In this document: one piece after another, positions 61,510 to 64,000 of the stretch | Layout of the letters: each line of letters begins with the position of its first letter | Numbering within the stretch: position 1 is the first letter of the stretch | Assembly: GCA_963818505.1 (NCBI GenBank) | Contig: CAWFSJ010000001.1 | Span: forward strand, 667,096 to 731,095 | DNA: 64,000 bases | Direction of reading: 5' to 3' | DNA from: an uncultured Actinomycetota bacterium | GTDB taxonomy: Bacteria; Actinomycetota; Actinomycetes; S36-B12; UBA10799 | The notes under the pieces: model-generated | Databases searched by the model: none | Told to the model about the DNA's origin: nothing | Seen by the model: the letters and a program-made list of their open reading frames with translations, nothing else | Translations under genes and position numbers: made by a program

Positions 61510-64000
61510 ATGGCTCGAGCGACGATATCGTCACGACCCACCAGTCGGTGGGCCGGCGCATTCCTCGCGGTCGCGATGGTCGCCTCGCTACAAGTCGCCG
61601 GTCCCGCACGAGCCGCGGACACGATCACGGTCGACTTCGAGGCCGGTCCTGCGGTGGGCACACCTGTGACCACGCAGTACCTCGCCTCCGCCTTCGTGCA
61701 GTTCCTGGCCGCTGACCCCGGCTTCCGGCCCTACCGGCGCTCCGCCCCCGGGCAGGCCCGCTCAGGCACGGTGGCCGCCGACGTGGGGTATGACGTGTGC
61801 GCGCCCGAGACCGGGGGCGGATGCGAGTTCGCCACGCCCCTGATGACCGGGCGGCTCACCCGCACGGCAACGGCTGTCACGCTGTACGCGGGACTGTTCA
61901 CCGCCTCCCCGCAATCGACGTCTGCACAACTGACCGCCTACCGCGCCAACAACACGCAGGTGGGCTCAGTCACGGTCCCTGTCTCAGCATCTGGGTTCAC
62001 GTCTGCACTAACCGTGACCAGTGCCGCGCCGGACATCGCTCGCTTCGTGCTGACCGCTACCGGGCCTGGCGCGACGAATTCGACTCTCGGCTTCGACGAC
62101 CTGACTCTTCAGTTCCCGGACAACTCGTTGCCGGACCTGAGCCTCTCAGCACCCTCACTGGTACACCGGCTTCTGCAGGGCGACACTCTCGACATCCCGG
62201 TCGAGTTGACCCGGCTCAACGGCTCGAACGGATCGGCGACGATGTCGGTGTCCGGCCTGCCCGCGGGAGTCACAGCACAGTTCCTGCCCAATCCCGTAAC
62301 AGGAACGGCGTCGACGACAACGCTGCGGCTGACAGCCACCGACGACGCCCCCGCCTTCGAGCAACCAGCGGAGTTGACAATCACAGCGGATCCGCAATCG
62401 AACGCCAACGTCGCGCCTGGTTTACGCACCGTCACGACCCTCCTGACCGTGCGTTCGAACTTCGAATTGTCCGTCGTCGCGGGCCCAGCGTTCCGCGTCG
62501 GCTTGTGCGCCCCTACCGATGTGACAGTGCGCGTCCAACGCAGCCCCGAATTCGCCGGCACCGTGACGCTCACGGCGGCCGGGAACGGGCAGGCCACCGA
62601 GATCCTGCCCTCAGGCACGATCGCTACGAGCGGAGCGCTGATCGCCGAACGGACTCTGCGCCTGACCCGCACCGCGGCGCTGGGCAACCGCACCGTGCTG
62701 CTCACCGCCACCAGTCCCGGTGTCCCGTCGCGATCCCTGCAACTGCAAGTCGGCGATGCGCCGAGTGCGGCGACGCTGACTCAGACCACCGGCTGGGCCC
62801 CGCGTTTACGCAGGCCCGGTGAGCGAATCGAGGTCACGGGAAGCGGCTTCTGTGCGGGCACCATGGTGCGCGTGGGCAACAACCGTGCAGAGGTGCCGGT
62901 GGATGTGGCCGCGGACGGACGCAGTTTCACGTTCCGCATCCCACGCGCCGCCACCAGCGGCCCCGTAACCGTCATCCCGACCACAGGCCCGGCGTTCCAG
63001 ACCAGCAACGCCTTGCAGGTCAAGACCGTTCGCAACACCCACGGTTTCGCATTCGACAACTACGGCTACGGATGGCTGTCCTTCGGCGAACTCACCGATC
63101 TGGTGGGTGTGCGCGACATGTTCATCGAGGTGAATCCGTGCTGGCCGTTCTACTCCTGTCCGGTACCGACCGGAGTGCCGGACCCGGTCGCGTACGTGGT
63201 GTGGGGTGTCCTCAACGTCGCACTCAAGGCGTCGGGCGGCCACTGCTTCGGGATCAGCCGAACGGTTCAGGAACTGCTTGCTGACAAGGTCCGCTACAGC
63301 AAGTTCGCCCCCGGCGTGGACCACCCGTTCGCACTGCCTTCGGCCACCGGCCCGAACTCGGCACTTGGCACATGGCTGGATGGTCGCCACGCGGGGCAGG
63401 GCACATCGGAGTTCCTGCGCGGCTATCTGGGCCGCGAGCGCAGCATCGCCATCCAGTTGGACCGGATCAGCGCTGAACTCGCCGCCGGACGCTACCCCGG
63501 AGTCTCGATGCAGAACGGGTTCAGTGGCCACGTGGTCACTGCGTACGACATCGAGAATCTGCCCGACGGCTCGACGGTGGTCTACGTCTACGACAACAAC
63601 CAGCAGTTCACCTCGGGCGAGGACACCGACGCCGACGGTCACTACCGGCTCGAGATCGAGCGCAGCGCCATCAGGATCAATCCTGCGAAGTCACGCTGGG
63701 AGTTCCCCGTGGGCGACGAGACCTGGTCCGGCGGCGACAGCGACATCTTCACCGTGCCGCTCAGTCTGATCCCCGACGATCCGAGCCTGCCTGGGCTCAA
63801 CGCTTTGCAGAGCATCACCATCTTCGGCGCCCCGGGAGGGTCAGCCCGCCTGACCGACCCGAACGCCGAGTTCGTCCCGGTTCAGGACAGCGCCGCCGTG
63901 CCTGGTTCTGGCGGCTTCCTGGTCGCAGCACCGGGCCAGCGAATCTCCCACGACGTGGTGGGTCTGAGTACCGGAAGGTACTCGCAGGTCACGACCGGTG
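61510..64000 (+). CDS. Very large secreted protein (>830 aa, 3' end beyond the window) with an IPT/TIG-like module and a putative papain-fold Cys/His domain
   Basis: ATG after GAAGG. Signal peptide MARATISSRPTSRWAGAFLAVAMVASLQVAGPARA. The frame I translated by hand stays open to nt 64000, which is why the ORF track (stop-bounded ORFs only) does not list it. IPT-like ERIEVTGSGFCAGTMVRVGNN...SGPVTVIP. GGHCFGIS / SGHVVTAYD / VYVYDNN. Confidence 0.8.
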   Translation, partial: MARATISSRPTSRWAGAFLAVAMVASLQVAGPARAADTITVDFEAGPAVGTPVTTQYLASAFVQFLAADPGFRPYRRSAPGQARSGTVAADVGYDVCAPETGGGCEFATPLMTGRLTRTATAVTLYAGLFTASPQSTSAQLTAYRANNTQVGSVTVPVSASGFTSALTVTSAAPDIARFVLTATGPGATNSTLGFDDLTLQFPDNSLPDLSLSAPSLVHRLLQGDTLDIPVELTRLNGSNGSATMSVSGLPAGVTAQFLPNPVTGTASTTTLRLTATDDAPAFEQPAELTITADPQSNANVAPGLRTVTTLLTVRSNFELSVVAGPAFRVGLCAPTDVTVRVQRSPEFAGTVTLTAAGNGQATEILPSGTIATSGALIAERTLRLTRTAALGNRTVLLTATSPGVPSRSLQLQVGDAPSAATLTQTTGWAPRLRRPGERIEVTGSGFCAGTMVRVGNNRAEVPVDVAADGRSFTFRIPRAATSGPVTVIPTTGPAFQTSNALQVKTVRNTHGFAFDNYGYGWLSFGELTDLVGVRDMFIEVNPCWPFYSCPVPTGVPDPVAYVVWGVLNVALKASGGHCFGISRTVQELLADKVRYSKFAPGVDHPFALPSATGPNSALGTWLDGRHAGQGTSEFLRGYLGRERSIAIQLDRISAELAAGRYPGVSMQNGFSGHVVTAYDIENLPDGSTVVYVYDNNQQFTSGEDTDADGHYRLEIERSAIRINPAKSRWEFPVGDETWSGGDSDIFTVPLSLIPDDPSLPGLNALQSITIFGAPGGSARLTDPNAEFVPVQDSAAVPGSGGFLVAAPGQRISHDVVGLSTGRYSQVTTG

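Noticed and set aside
61797-63769. Track ORFs 61797..62822 (+), 62109..62711 (-), 62806..63642 (-) and 63206..63769 (+)
   Set aside because: All lie off-frame or antisense within the long frame-1 ORF that starts at 61510. That ORF carries a signal peptide and domain-like sequence, and it is absent from the track only because it has no stop inside the window.

Overview
This is a high-GC, densely coding chromosomal segment with Actinomycetota-type content and gene order. All product calls come from motif and family recognition by eye; no database search was run. Start codons are the least certain coordinates.

Recognisable genes:
- Nitrogen, cofactor and housekeeping genes: glnE, glnA2, nadE, panB, map, a PpgK-like ROK protein, the DeaD helicase and FadD.
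- A sugar block: a GH36 alpha-galactosidase, galK, a type-2 galT and a GH1 beta-glucosidase.
- A znuA-znuC-znuB-zur zinc operon, followed by aqpZ.
- A copper P-type ATPase.
- A TetR/MFS pair and a MarR/ICMT pair.
- A LiaFSR-like envelope-stress module built on PspC domains.
- Two F420/NADP oxidoreductase paralogues.
- Four large signal-peptide proteins carrying FN3 or IPT modules, whose function I cannot assign.

I saw no rRNA, tRNA or CRISPR array, and no intact IS element.

Things that ordinary annotation does not explain:
1. A three-copy family of 68-nt nested palindromic intergenic elements at about 12.98, 18.12 and 40.68 kb. Each has 28-nt arms and a 12-nt loop. The loop is flipped in one copy, and the arms are built from TGGTTAG half-sites with a 19-nt period.
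2. A 585-bp non-coding, repeat-dense spacer between zur and aqpZ.
3. A tightly coupled operon of three very small proteins, lying divergent to a CsbD/LEA-like gene.
4. Two FN3 exoproteins that share a basic C-terminal module of about 95 aa, and a third giant exoprotein with a papain-like Cys/His/Asp signature.
5. An HTH gene plus a DUF222/HNH gene wedged between those exoprotein genes.
6. A transporter fused to two USP domains, and a solute-binding domain fused to a vWA domain with a coiled-coil partner.

I found no canonical defence or secondary-metabolite system.
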